From: Geosiphon pyriformis uo1
Lineage: Eukaryota > Fungi > Glomeromycota
DNA: 64,000 nt
Reading direction: 5' to 3'
Assembly (NCBI GenBank): GCA_016748015.1
Contig: JAAOMT010000518.1
Coordinates: 434,001-498,000, forward strand
The translations under genes were made by a program, and so were the position numbers. The notes below the pieces were generated by a model. It saw only the letters and a list, made by a program, of their open reading frames with translations, was not told where the DNA came from and did not search any database. This document shows positions 10,201-22,374 of this stretch, one piece after another. Position 1 is the first letter of the stretch; each line of letters begins with the position of its first letter.

Positions 10201-13200
10201 TACAAAAGAAAAAAGAAAAGGAAAAGAAAAAAAACCAATATCAACCACCACTGCTACTTATACTCTATACCCATATATTCTACCACAACTATCTAACTAT
10301 CACCATCCAAAACTAATATGTGTTAATTGTGGCAAGAAATTGTTGTCAATGGGCACATGTTGTGGTGATAACAAGAAATACCAGACAGCAACTAAGTTTT
10401 ATTGCCGTCCATGCCTCATTAAATGCTTTAAAAGACCAAAATGAGTTGGAAAATGGAATAATAAGCCATGCTTGGCTTGTGGAAAAACTTTCCTTGACAA
10501 AAAAATGTGGAATAACATTTTTAGGAGAGGAAGAATGTGCAACAAATTATGTCAGTACACAATTCTTATAAGTGACTGAATAAGAAAGGGAACACCCATA
10601 GACACAGCTTGGAGACAAGCAGTCAAATGTCTAGACGGCTGTTTACACAATGACAATAAAATCTGGCGAATGGCCTTTGCCAAAATCAAAGGAGCATCAC
10701 TAAAAGAAATAAAAATAATTAAAAATAATCTATCTGAATCTATAAAACTTGACTGGAACCCAGAACCAGTCATAAATCTTTTGGATCCAGAACAATTCCA
10801 TAAACATTACCAGAAATTAGCATCCACTAAGAAGGAACAAGAGCAATAGTTGGAAGAAATAAACATGAGACTATGTGACCATTGTTTGATTTCATGTAAC
10901 TTTCAGTACTATAATGAGTGTGATCTCATTTACAATCTACCACCATGCATAATCTACACGATTCTAGAAAAGGAAAAACCAATCAACAACTGCACATTAG
11001 AATTGGAATCAATTTTCAATTATGATTCAAACTTTGACAATGACAATGACAAAAATAACAGTTCCAGCTCCATTCAAAATGGCAATGAAAATTATGACAA
11101 TTCAAACTCTGATTCAAACCCCAAACAATACATTGCGCTTTCCAACCTCTCCAAGAAGCAGGAACTGAAATAATTCAACGACAATGATGAAGGTATCATG
11201 TCAGAATACATGCATAATATTAATACAGAGTTTGATCTAAGATACTTAGGGAAAGACACCATCAAACTGGAACTCCATTCACACACTTGTATTGATCTCA
11301 AAATAGCACTAGAAATCTTAGCAACAATCATGGTTTAACTAGTATTTAAGAGTAGTTTAGCAAAAAGAGGAATCAACATCAAAGAAGGAATAGTTGATAC
11401 AGAGTATATAGAAAATATCATTGCAATGCTACAAAATGACTCAGAAAAGGCCTATGTCATAGAGCCAAATGAAAAGATAGCACAGGCAATATTTCTACCT
11501 CTAGTGAAAATAGCTCAGTTAGTATCAGTAGGAAACAGAAAAAAATTAAAGATCACAGCTAAAGGGATACAGGAATTCGGATCAACAGGTAGAATAGATA
11601 TACCAGTTAATATGACAGAGGAAAAAGTTATTGACAAGAGAGAAATTATCTCTATCCATCAATCAATTTCCATTCCATTATATGACCAGTATATAATAAT
11701 TATAGAGAGAAAAGTAAGGGATCAAGTTCAGATTTTTGAGATAGAAGCAACATTTTGTAAATCAGGAAAGATGAGATTAGTTAATCTACACATATCAGTC
11801 AAGAACCACAACTACATCAAAATTCCCATTTACAACAACACAGAAAATGTCTTTAAGATACCAGAAAGAACCACCATTGGATACTTAACTACTAAAATTA
11901 AAGATCAACTGCCAAACACCATTCCAGACTTTTCACAACTTTGCAAATATGTGGATATTATATCACAAACAATATATGAACAAAATAACTGTTATTTGCT
12001 CCAATCAGAACAATTGGAACAGATGAACTTGGGAAATCTAGATCCACTACAATGAATGCAATTCAAGATGCTACTCAACAATTTCAATAACATTTTTGCC
12101 AGTGAAAACAAATTTGGCAGAACTGACATCATCTAATATCAAATTAAAACTGGAGATGCAATGCCAATTAAACAGAGAGCATACAGAGTACTACCCATAA
12201 GCCATGAGATTATTTGTTAAGAAATCAATTGGATGTTTGACAATGAGCTAATTCAGCCATCAATAAGTTTATGGTCATCACTAATGGTACTAATCTGTAA
12301 GAAGAATGGGAAAATCTGCTTTTATGTGAATTACTGAAAACTAAATAGAGTAACCAAAGAAGATAGGTATCCGACTCCAAAGATTCAAGAGTTGTTTGAT
12401 GCTTTTGGAGGAAAGAAATAGTTTTTAACTTTGGACTTAGACAGTGGTTACTGACAGGTAGCCATGAAACTGAAAGATAAAAAGAAAACAGCTTTTACAA
12501 CACAAGAAGAAAATTTTGAATTCGAGATTATGCCATTCAGCTTAATGAATGCTCCAGCTATCTTTCAGTGGCTAATAAAAATTGTCTATATGAGACTACT
12601 ATAGAAATCAGTAGTTATATACTTGGATAACACCAATTTGTTCTCAAAAACATTTGATGATCATCTGCATCATCTCCAACAAGTATTTGAAAGACTCAGA
12701 CAGGCAGAATTGAAATTAAATGCCAACAAGTGTTTTTTGAAAAAACAGAACTCAAGTTTTTGGGATATGTTGTAAGCAAAGCTAGTATTAAAACGGATCC
12801 AGATAAGATTGCAATAGTAAAAAACTTTTTAGTACCAACCAACTTGACAGAACTAAGAGCATTCTTGGGATTTGCTAGATATTATTGGCATTTTATCAAG
12901 GACTTTTCTAAACTGGCTCAGCCACTTCATCATTTACAAACTAAGAATGTAAAATATGAATGAACAGAAACTCAACAAAAAGCATTCAACATACTGAGAA
13001 GAAAGCTTATTCAAGCTTCAGTATTGATATATTCAGATCACAGCAAACCATTCATTATCATTACTGATGCATCAGGCCAAGCATTGGGAGCAGTATTATT
13101 ACAAAAAGAACCAGATGCAAGAGAACATCCAGTAACTTATGCCAGTAGAAGCTTAAGTCCAGCTGAAAAAAACTATGGAACTCCAATATTGGAACACTTA

Positions 13201-14828
13201 GTTATCTATTGGGCTGTTATCAAATAGAAAGAATACTTGAGTCAAAAGTTTGATGTGTACATTAATCACAAAGAATTGACTTCAATCCAGAAACAAAAAT
13301 TTGGAGATGATTGCCATATCAGATGAAAAATAGAACTTTCATCATTTAATTATACAATACATATAAAAAAGGAAAAAAAAATGGAAATGCCAACAGATTG
13401 TCATAAATAAGACAAATCTAAAAACATTTCAACCCAAAAATATAACAAAAGATAAATATACAAAAATATCAACAACTCCAATATTATATAAATATCCAAT
13501 TGTTCAAGAAAAAATTATCTTAAAAGGAACAAAGAAACATAAAACAACAATCAAAATATTTTATCAACCATCAAAATATACTTTACCAGAAGAACAAAAA
13601 AAATCTAGATCTACCAACCAGAGTAATCACAGAACCAGAAAAAGAGACAATATTATTTAACATACACTTAGAGCCAATAACAGGATATTTTTATAAATAA
13701 GCAACCATAGAAAGAACCAGAAAAAGATACTATTGACTATCAATATATCCAGACATCATCTAATATGTTCAAAATTGTGATGTTTGTCAAAAAAGAGGTA
13801 GAACAAAACCCAGTGAACCATTAAGAACAATTAAAGTAAGACAACTATTTGATTGTATCAGAATTGACTTAGTCAGACCATTAACAATCACCAGCAGAGG
13901 CAACAGATATATTGCAGTAACTATGAATTATCTCACAAAATAGCCAGAAGCAAAAGCCATTTAAAGAGCAAATGCAGAATCTATTGCTGAATTCATTCAT
14001 CAAGAGTTGATTTGTTAACACAAATGTCCAAAAAAACTATTATCAGATCAAAGAACTCATTTTGTAAATAGAACATTAGAAGAATTAAGCCAAAAATTTG
14101 GGATAAAAAGACCATTATCATCACCATATCATTCATAAACAAATGGACTAGTTGAAAAGTTTAACAGAATATTGTGTGAAGCCATTGCCAAAATCAGCCA
14201 AAAAAATCAAGATGAATGGAATTTGTTTATACCATTAGTATTATTTGCTTATCAGACAATGAAACAAAATAATACACAAACAACATTATTTGAATTAGTA
14301 TATAGTAAAACAGCAATACTACCAGTAGAGATAGAAATATGAACATATCCAACAGAACCAATAACAGAAGAGAATTTCCAAAAAACATTGTTGAAAAGAA
14401 CATATAACTTAATGGAAACACCAGAAAACAAAAGGTAAAGAGCAGCTGATAACATTCAAAAGTTACAAGAAAAACAAAAAAAAAGACACAATAACCAACT
14501 ACCAAAGAAACCAGTTGAATTCAAGATTGGAGACAAAGTACTTCTATATTATACTAAAGTGAAAAAACAATAGAGTGAAAAATTTGATCCCAAATGGAAC
14601 AAACCATTTCACATAGAAGAAATTCTTAGAAATAGAGCTTATAAATTAAGATTAAACAACAAAATCTTAACCAAAACAGCACATGGTGATCGACTGAAAC
14701 AATATCATTATATAATATCATCATCTATCAGTAATATTCCACAATTAGAAGTACAGAGAATATTAATTAAACCAGATGAGATTTCATGAGATCTAGAACC
14801 AATTATAATTATTAAACCAAACACATAA
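7229..14828 (+). pseudogene. gag-pol of element A (many premature stops)
   Basis: gag MAYVPIAKLEKF (about 8184); zinc-knuckle remnant CHYCGKQEHLKIDC (about 8920); PR LILDSG (about 9636); RT MPFSLMNAP and YLDN (about 12530-12630); RH ITDASG (about 13060); IN HHCC remnant and core (about 13660-14330); C-terminal FKIGDKVL..KWNKPF domain. Confidence 0.9.
11197..11595 (+). pseudogene. dUTPase domain within pol of element A
   Basis: Degenerate dUTPase motifs 1-5: NTEFDL, KSSLAKRG, GIVDTEY, KIAQ, KGIQEFGSTG. The copy in element F has DAGFNL, ASRSSL, KIAQ, RGIQKFGS. Confidence 0.88.
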
Positions 14829-14887
14829 AATCAAACAACCAAGGAGTATATAAAAGACATGGTATATGTGACAAAAAACAACAGAAA

Positions 14888-15517
14888 ATGGAGATTACTA
14901 ACAGTATTCACTCACTAGCACAACAATTCTTTTAATTAATTCAACAACAAAAGATAGAAATTACAATTAACCAATAAACTATTAGATACACAAACATCAA
15001 AAAGAGAACATGAGACAAAACACAGAGAAAAACAGAAAACACTGTTGACAAAATAATCACAAAAGTAAAACTGGTAATAGAAACACAACCAAAAGTAACC
15101 TAATATTAAGAGTTAACTATAAAAACTTGGGATTGGTGGATACAACAATTTCCAAGAAACTTTTGTTACTTCTATTTGGGACAACACTTGAACATCCAGA
15201 ACTTATATATAGATAAAACAAAATGATTATTTGACACAACAATATTGCAACAACTAAAACAATTTGTGGGAAAAAACAATTTGATTACACAGACAAAAGC
15301 CATTTATCAGCTATATACTGGATTTCAAGATTGACCAGAAATCTTAATCAATTCAGAAATGGACTCTATTACCATTAACTAAATGGGAAAAATAACAAAT
15401 ACACAATTTAAAGACTTACAGAACAAGATATTACAAGTAATTCTTGAAAAAAAAGTTCAAAAAATACTCAAAGACAGAAAATTAAAATTAGGAGATTTTG
15501 ACAGAGTTCAATATTAA
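14888..15517 (+). pseudogene. Accessory ORF3 of element A (209 codons, unknown function)
   Basis: Single frame from ATG 14888 to TAA 15517. Internal stops are all reachable by C>T/G>A. Homologous ORFs occur in elements F, E, C and as remnants in B. Confidence 0.75.
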
Positions 15518-15531
15518 AAAGAAGAGAATAA

Positions 15532-16398
15532 TATTACTCATAGAATATAAGAAGTATATTAGCATATAAATTAGCCAATCAGAAGTAACTGTAGTAAATG
15601 TGAAATTTCAGAATTCCTCTCAGAAAAATTGCAGAATTCCAGAAATTTCAGGATTCTCGTATAAGGAATTGCAGGATTCCAGAATTCCAGAATTTTTCTT
15701 AAAGAAATTGCAAGATTTTAGAAATTCCAGGATTTCTGGTGTGAAAATTTGAGAAATTGAGAAATTTTAATTATGTATATATAGCAGTAGTATTAGAAAT
15801 AGAAAAGACAGACTTTGCAGTTTAGATTTAATCTAAGTGATCTTCTAACTTACAAATATCAATAAATAATTATTTTTTATCTCAAATTCACTCTCCACTA
15901 TCAACATGAAGTGTTGATAATAATTGATACTTAACCATACTGAAACAATAGCTCTTGATTATGGCTATTGACAGGATACTAATTTGCAATTGCTTTTACT
16001 TATTTCTTTATTTTCTTTTATTTTTCTTTTATTTCTTTTGCTATTTTTTTTGTTGTACTAATTAATTAAAGATTAAAAGCACTGAGATAAAGACATCATA
16101 AGAACTGGTAAAAGACCTGTAAAACAAGGGTAAAATACTCATAAATTTAAGGATAGCTTACCAGGAGGATTACCAACCACCACGCTAAAAAAAAAATTTG
16201 ACAGAATTGCAATTCTGGGAGGCTACTGAAAACAATTATTAATTCTCTGTCCATTATACAAAAAACTTCACAAAAAACCTTCAGATAACAATACCTTTGG
16301 ATCCATAACACTGCTAACAACCAATATCAAGTAAGACATTGAGCACCAAGTTATGGGTTTGTTATTTGATTTAAGACCCCAAATAATCATCTGTAACA
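15532..16398 (+). repeat. 3' LTR of element A
   Basis: Follows a purine tract, ends TGTAACA, direct repeat of 6344-7210. Confidence 0.9.
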
Positions 16399-19300
16399 AC
16401 ATCTTATACAACACATTAAAAAAACTATTAAATACTTACAAACACTTGAACAAAAAACAAATATTAAATTACCACTTTTAATCACACTATTTTTAATTTT
16501 ATTTGTTCAATTATAAATATCCAATTTTTCAATTATTTGGTTTTTAAAACCAGAAAACTTTACTTTATCTAAAAGTCTTATTTAGCAACAAAACCAATAT
16601 TAATCAGTACTAATTTTATTGATTACTTATCAAAAAACCAAAGTAATTATTCTGAAAATTTAGGTAACAAAAAAAATGTTTCTGAATTTACTAAAAAAAA
16701 ACTGCTAAAAAAAAAAAAAAAAATAACAACTGTTTACATTGCAAAAATTTCAGAATTTACAGAAAAAAATACTAATACTAGTCTTTAAAAATGACTTAAC
16801 AAAGTTTTAAAAACAGAAGATGTTAATAGATAAAACACAACAAGAAAGTTGAAAGCAATTTTTTATTTTTTTCAGAAAACAACAGAAAAATAGTTTGAAA
16901 ACTTAAATAAACTTTTTGAAAACTAATAAGCATTTAAAAATGTTCTTTTAAAACAGTTTATTGACAACAATATCTTTATCATTCTCTAAAATTGGTTTAA
17001 AACATTAAACAAAAATTTTCTAAATCTGTTATAATTTATTTTAACAAATTTGTCAGTTAAAAACCAATGATTATTATTCTAATACTTAAATTTTAAACCA
17101 ATTTATTACTAGACTCAAAAACAAATTAATAAAAAAGGTTTGCTTATATGTCTCTAAATATTTAGTTATAGTTATTCAATATTCAAAAGTCTATAAAATA
17201 GTTATAAAAAAACCAATTATATCAAACTTATCAATTTAACTATTGAAAAAACCAGCTTAGCAGCTAAAAAAAATTAACTAACTAATCAAAAAAGCCAAAA
17301 ACTATTTTATTAATTAACAACAATAGCAATAAAAGTATTAGCCACCTCAATAACACAACTAAAACAATAATTTACCATTATTTAATAACTAACTTCAAAG
17401 CTGTTATTATTATAGAATTTTAAGATACTAGAAACAAGATTGCAAGAAGTTACAACAAGATTAACAACAAAAAAATAATTAATATTATTTCCAAAATTAG
17501 CAATCTTATTACCAACTTCTATCATTAGCTTATTATTTATTAAAATCTTAATATTAAAACAATTATTACCAATTTGTTTTACAACTAATATAACAATATT
17601 AGCAATTTTTACAGATTCAATAATATTAATTACTATTTATTTAATAATACTAAGTACTTACTAAAAAATTGGTTTAACAAACCCAATTTTTATCTCAAAA
17701 CTAATTTTTAATAAACAACAACAGAACAAATTTCAATAATTAATTAGTTTTCCAAAGCAATTTACAACAGAAATTTACACACTACTATATTTAACTTAGT
17801 TACTTAACAATACCAAAAAAATCGGATTTTTAACAAACTGTACTTTTTAAAAGTAAAGTTACAGCAATAAAACAAAACTTTTTCAACAATAATTATACTA
17901 TTTTATAATTTAAAATTGCTAAAAATACTAATCTTTTAAATATTTTTCTATTTGAATTCAAAGCAAACAAATTACCATTTTTGTTTAGCAATACAATTAT
18001 TATAAAACAAAAACAATTACTGTTATATATACTAAAACAAATATTAAAGGAAAACCAATTTAATTAATCTTAAACAATAAATTTGCTGAAAACATTATTA
18101 CTTATTAATTAATATAACAGCTTAAGTAAATATTAATAAACCTGCTTAAATAATTATTGTTATAACAAATAGTATAAAAAAAATTCTATTTGGAAAAATT
18201 AACAACTTTTTTTTTATAATTAATAGAATTATTATTCCAATTAAAGTTTTAGTCATAGATATATCTCAATATTAAGCTTTTGTCAGCAATAATTGACTTT
18301 TTAAAGCCAATACAAATTTAGATTGAGAAATCCAAAAATTAAAAATCTCATATTAAAAACAATATACTAGAATATTTGCTATTTATAATATTTTTAACAA
18401 ATAATTTAAAAAAGTCTTAGTGTTTGAATTTGAAAAAAAAGCTAATTACCAAAACTTAGATAATTCTTAAATTAATATTTAATTGGGCTGAAAAAACAGA
18501 TTAATTATTTAAAATATCTATATCACAATCAAAAATATTATGGGCTAAAAAAACTAGTTAATAATCTATTTTTGCAATTAAACTAGTTAACAGTTAATAT
18601 GGCTTATATTTAAAACCAAAACCAAAAAAACAATCACCTTATATTTCACTTATTGCAACAAAAAGCTTTTATTTATAAAAGTTTACATATTATCAGAAAA
18701 AAAATATAAAACTTGTATCTGTTATTACTATAAAATCTGTTACTAAATACAATTTGACAGCCCAAAACAAAACAGAAAATAGAATAACAGATTCTGTTTT
18801 ACATGTAAAAACTATCAAAAAAATACAACTAAATTAATATTACAATAAGAAGAAAAATTTGCAATTAAACTTGTTAATATGTTTTATTAATCTTAAAAAA
18901 AGTAAAAAAAAAACTTTTTTTAATACAATATATATTAGTATTTTTAACAAACTCTATTATAATTTACATAATGCTAAAATAATTTATAATCTTGTTATAG
19001 TTTTAAACAATAAAGCTACTTAGGAAGATGTTTGTCAAATAAAAGAAGCAAAATACATTAAATATATAATAAAATTAGCTAAATTTGATTATAAAAATAA
19101 AATAAAACTTTATTATCTAATTTTTAGCTATGCATATTTTTTAAAAAAAACTCAAATTTAACAATTAAAACAAATAATCATTTAATTATATGAAGAATAT
19201 ATTATGTTTTATAATAACTAATAGTGTTTAAAATACTATTTTTTTAGTATACTATTACTATTAAAAATAATAAATACAAAATCGAATTTGAAGAACCTAA

Positions 19301-21487
19301 AGAAAAAAAAATTGTTAATAACACCTATCTATTTACTCAAAAATTAACCAGTATTATAACTAAAATACTTTAATAACAATGATTAAGAGATTAAACCAAA
19401 AAAAACTTATAATATTAATATAAAATATAACTCTACAATATTCACAAAAAATACTCTGGTTCTCCAACCAAAGTTTTTAACAAAAATTAATTTTAAAATT
19501 GCTTTTAAAATTTTATTAGGAGCAATAGTTCAGATTATTATTGGCAAATAAAAAAATTAACATTAAAAAAAGAGTTATAGATATAAGATATACAAAAAAC
19601 ATTACTGTTATATTACAAAATAAAATTAAAAAATCTTTTAAAATAGAATATGATAAAAATTGTTCAAGTTATTTATCTACTTTTAATTAATATTTCAGAT
19701 TTACAATCAATTGATTAAAGAAAACAATTAGGCAAAAGCAATAAAAAAACTCAAGATTTTGGTTTAATAAGATAATTTACAGTTTCAGTTAATATTGTAC
19801 TTAATATACAGAATGAATTTTACCAAATTTTGTGACTTTTCCAACCAATTATTATTTTACTCTTTGGAAAATATTACGAAATTTACATTTGTTTAAAATC
19901 TATTATCACACAACAAATTTTTAAATCAAATAAACAAATTTATACAAAGCACAAAATTTCAATTCCAAATATTTATATTCTTAAAAGAATAAAAAAATTC
20001 AAAGTTATATTTTATAATTTTAATAACTATCTTATTATTTTATTAAATAAATTAGAAATCAGAATCATATATAACAATATTTTTCAAAAAAAACTTCTCA
20101 AATTGTTTCTAATTTTATTAAAATTGTAAAACAAACTCTTTTTTAAATTTAAGTATTATTTTTAGCACTAAAAATTATTATATCATTAAAAAAACTATCT
20201 CAACTTAATATAAGTCTACTAAAACTACAACAGTAAAGACAATTAAAACAATTTATTATTAAATATGTTAATATATTTATAAGAGATAATAATAATTTAA
20301 AAAAAACCAATATTGTTTAATATTAAATTCATATAAAAGATGCTTTATTAAAATGTTAACAAACATACTAAGTTCTATCTACTAGCTACTAATTTATTAG
20401 AAAAAAATATAACAAATGCTCAATAATAGTCTTATTTAGTTATCAAAAAGCTTTTAAGTTTTATTAATAGTTTTAATTAAAAAGAAAAATAGAAAAATTC
20501 GATTTTGTATTAATTATTAACAACTGAATAATATTATAATTAGAAATATATATTTTTTATCTAAAATTGACAATATGCTAAATACTTTAAGAAAAACCAA
20601 GTTCTTTTCAACTTTAGACTTGAAAAATAAATACTAACAAGTCGAAATAGATTTAAAAAACCATTTAAAAACAGTCTTTACTACTTAAAAAAAGAAACTA
20701 CAAATTTAATATAATGTTTTTTAAACTTTATAATACATTAACAATATTTTAAAAACTCATAAATATTGTTTACAAAGAATTTTTATAATAATTAATAATT
20801 GTTTATTTTAATAACACTAATATATACTCTTTAAATTTTGAAGCTTATTTGATTTACTTGTAAAAAGTTTTTTAACAATTATAAAAAGCAAAATTAAATT
20901 TAAACATTGGCAAATATTACTTTAAAAAAACAAACTTGGCCTTTTTTGGCTATATTGTTAACAAAAATAGAGTTAAATCTAATCTAAAAAAAATTAATGC
21001 TATAAAAAATTTCAAAGTTCTTCAAAACATTATTAAATTAAGAAGATTTATTAAATTGGCTTTTTATTACCAAAAATTCATCAAAAATTTTTTGGAAATT
21101 GCCAAACTATTCAACTATTTGACCAACAAAAATGTTAAATATCAATAAATCTTTATTTAACAAAAGACTTTTGACATATTAAAAAAAATTAACAACAGCT
21201 CTAATTTTTGTTTATTCTAATTTCAACAAACTATTAATGCTTTATATATTACATTTGATGCTATCTTATTATAATTAAATAATAATAACAATAAACAAGT
21301 CATTACTTATGCCAACAGAATTTTTAAACTTACAGAAACAAAATATGAATCTATTAAATTAGAAACAGCAGTTATTATCTGGACTTTTAAATATTTTTAA
21401 CAATACTTATAAAAAAAAAGAATTTAATATTATTACTAACAATATTGGTCTTAAATAGCTTAACAAAAAGAGTTTAGAACTTAATGT

Positions 21488-22374
21488 TGTTACTTATAGA
21501 AAAAAAAACAAATATAGAAAAATAGTAGACCAATAAGAGAATAGTAGTTAGCATGTGAGCACATTGCTCAGCAATGTGAAGCAATGTCAGAAATCATGGC
21601 ACATTGCTCAGCAATATGGAGCAATGTTAGGAATTATGGCACATTGCTCAGCAATATAGAACAATGTCAAAAAAATACAGCACATTGCTTAGTAATGTGA
21701 GCATTGTTTGAAGAATTATAGCACATTGCTTGAGAATGTGAGCAATCTCATAGAACTCAAATTATGTATATATAGTAGTAGCATTAGAAGTAGAAAAGAC
21801 AGACCTCTCAGTTTAGATTTGATCTAAGCAACCTTCTATTTACAAATATTAATAAATAATTATTTATTATCTAAATCCACTTTTCATTATCAACACTTCA
21901 TGTTAATAGCAATTGATACTTAACCACACTGGAACAATAGCTCTTGATCATAGCTATTGATGAGATACTAACTTGTAATTGCTTTCATTTATTTTTTTAT
22001 CTTTTTTTATTTTCTTTTATTTCTTTTTGTTATTTCTTTGGTTTTACTAAACTGATTAAAGATTAAGTGCTGAAATACAGATGTCATAGGGACTGGTAAA
22101 AAACCTGTAAAACAAGGGTAGAACACTTATAGATTTGAGGATAGCTTACCAGAAGAATTACCAGTTACCATGCTGAGAAAAAAATTTGATGAAACTGTGG
22201 TTTCGGGAAGTTATGGATAAAACTATCAATTAAATCTCTGTTCATTATACAAAAAACTCAACAACAAAACCTTCAGATAAACCACATCTTCAGATATCAA
22301 CACCAGAATACCAATCAAACACCAAGTTACGAATTTGTTATTTGACTTAAGACTCCAAATAATCATCTGTAACA
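21488..22374 (+). mobile_element. Solo LTR, A/F family (F-type U3), inserted in the RNase H region of B
   Basis: TGTTAC...TGTAACA ends; R/U5 like the element A LTR, U3 like the element F LTR; flanks ATGT/ATGA. Confidence 0.88.
21561..21745 (+). repeat. U3 tandem array, about 4.5 x 40-41 bp, each unit containing the palindrome ACATTGCT-C-AGCAATGT
   Basis: Units visible at 21561, 21601, 21641 and about 21682; same array on the minus strand at about 59025-59210. Confidence 0.85.

Larger units (their letters stand above)
6344..16398 (+). mobile_element. Ty3/gypsy LTR retrotransposon A, full length, inactivated; dUTPase- and ORF3-bearing
   Basis: 867-bp LTRs at 6344-7210 and 15532-16398 (TG..CA ends, partly mutated to TA); PBS 7213-7228; PPT about 15516-15531; order gag, PR, Cys-rich region, dUTPase, RT, RH, IN, ORF3. 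Flanks ACAG/ACAT give an imperfect 4-bp TSD. Confidence 0.93.

Noticed and set aside
14520-14828. Chromodomain at the integrase C-terminus
   Set aside because: Only the GPY/F-type domain is visible; no chromodomain signature.
14888-15517. ORF3 as an envelope gene
   Set aside because: Too short and hydrophilic; no signal peptide, transmembrane anchor or fusion-protein cleavage motif.
21561-21745. CRISPR-like array of palindromic repeats
   Set aside because: The intervening sequences are themselves repeated (no unique spacers), the array lies in an LTR U3, the context is eukaryotic and no cas genes are present.
22067-22152. TPP riboswitch, hammerhead or hairpin ribozyme in U5 (GCTGAGAT-like and CTGGTA motifs)
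   Set aside because: Remaining conserved core nucleotides and topology are missing; kept only as an unclassified structure.
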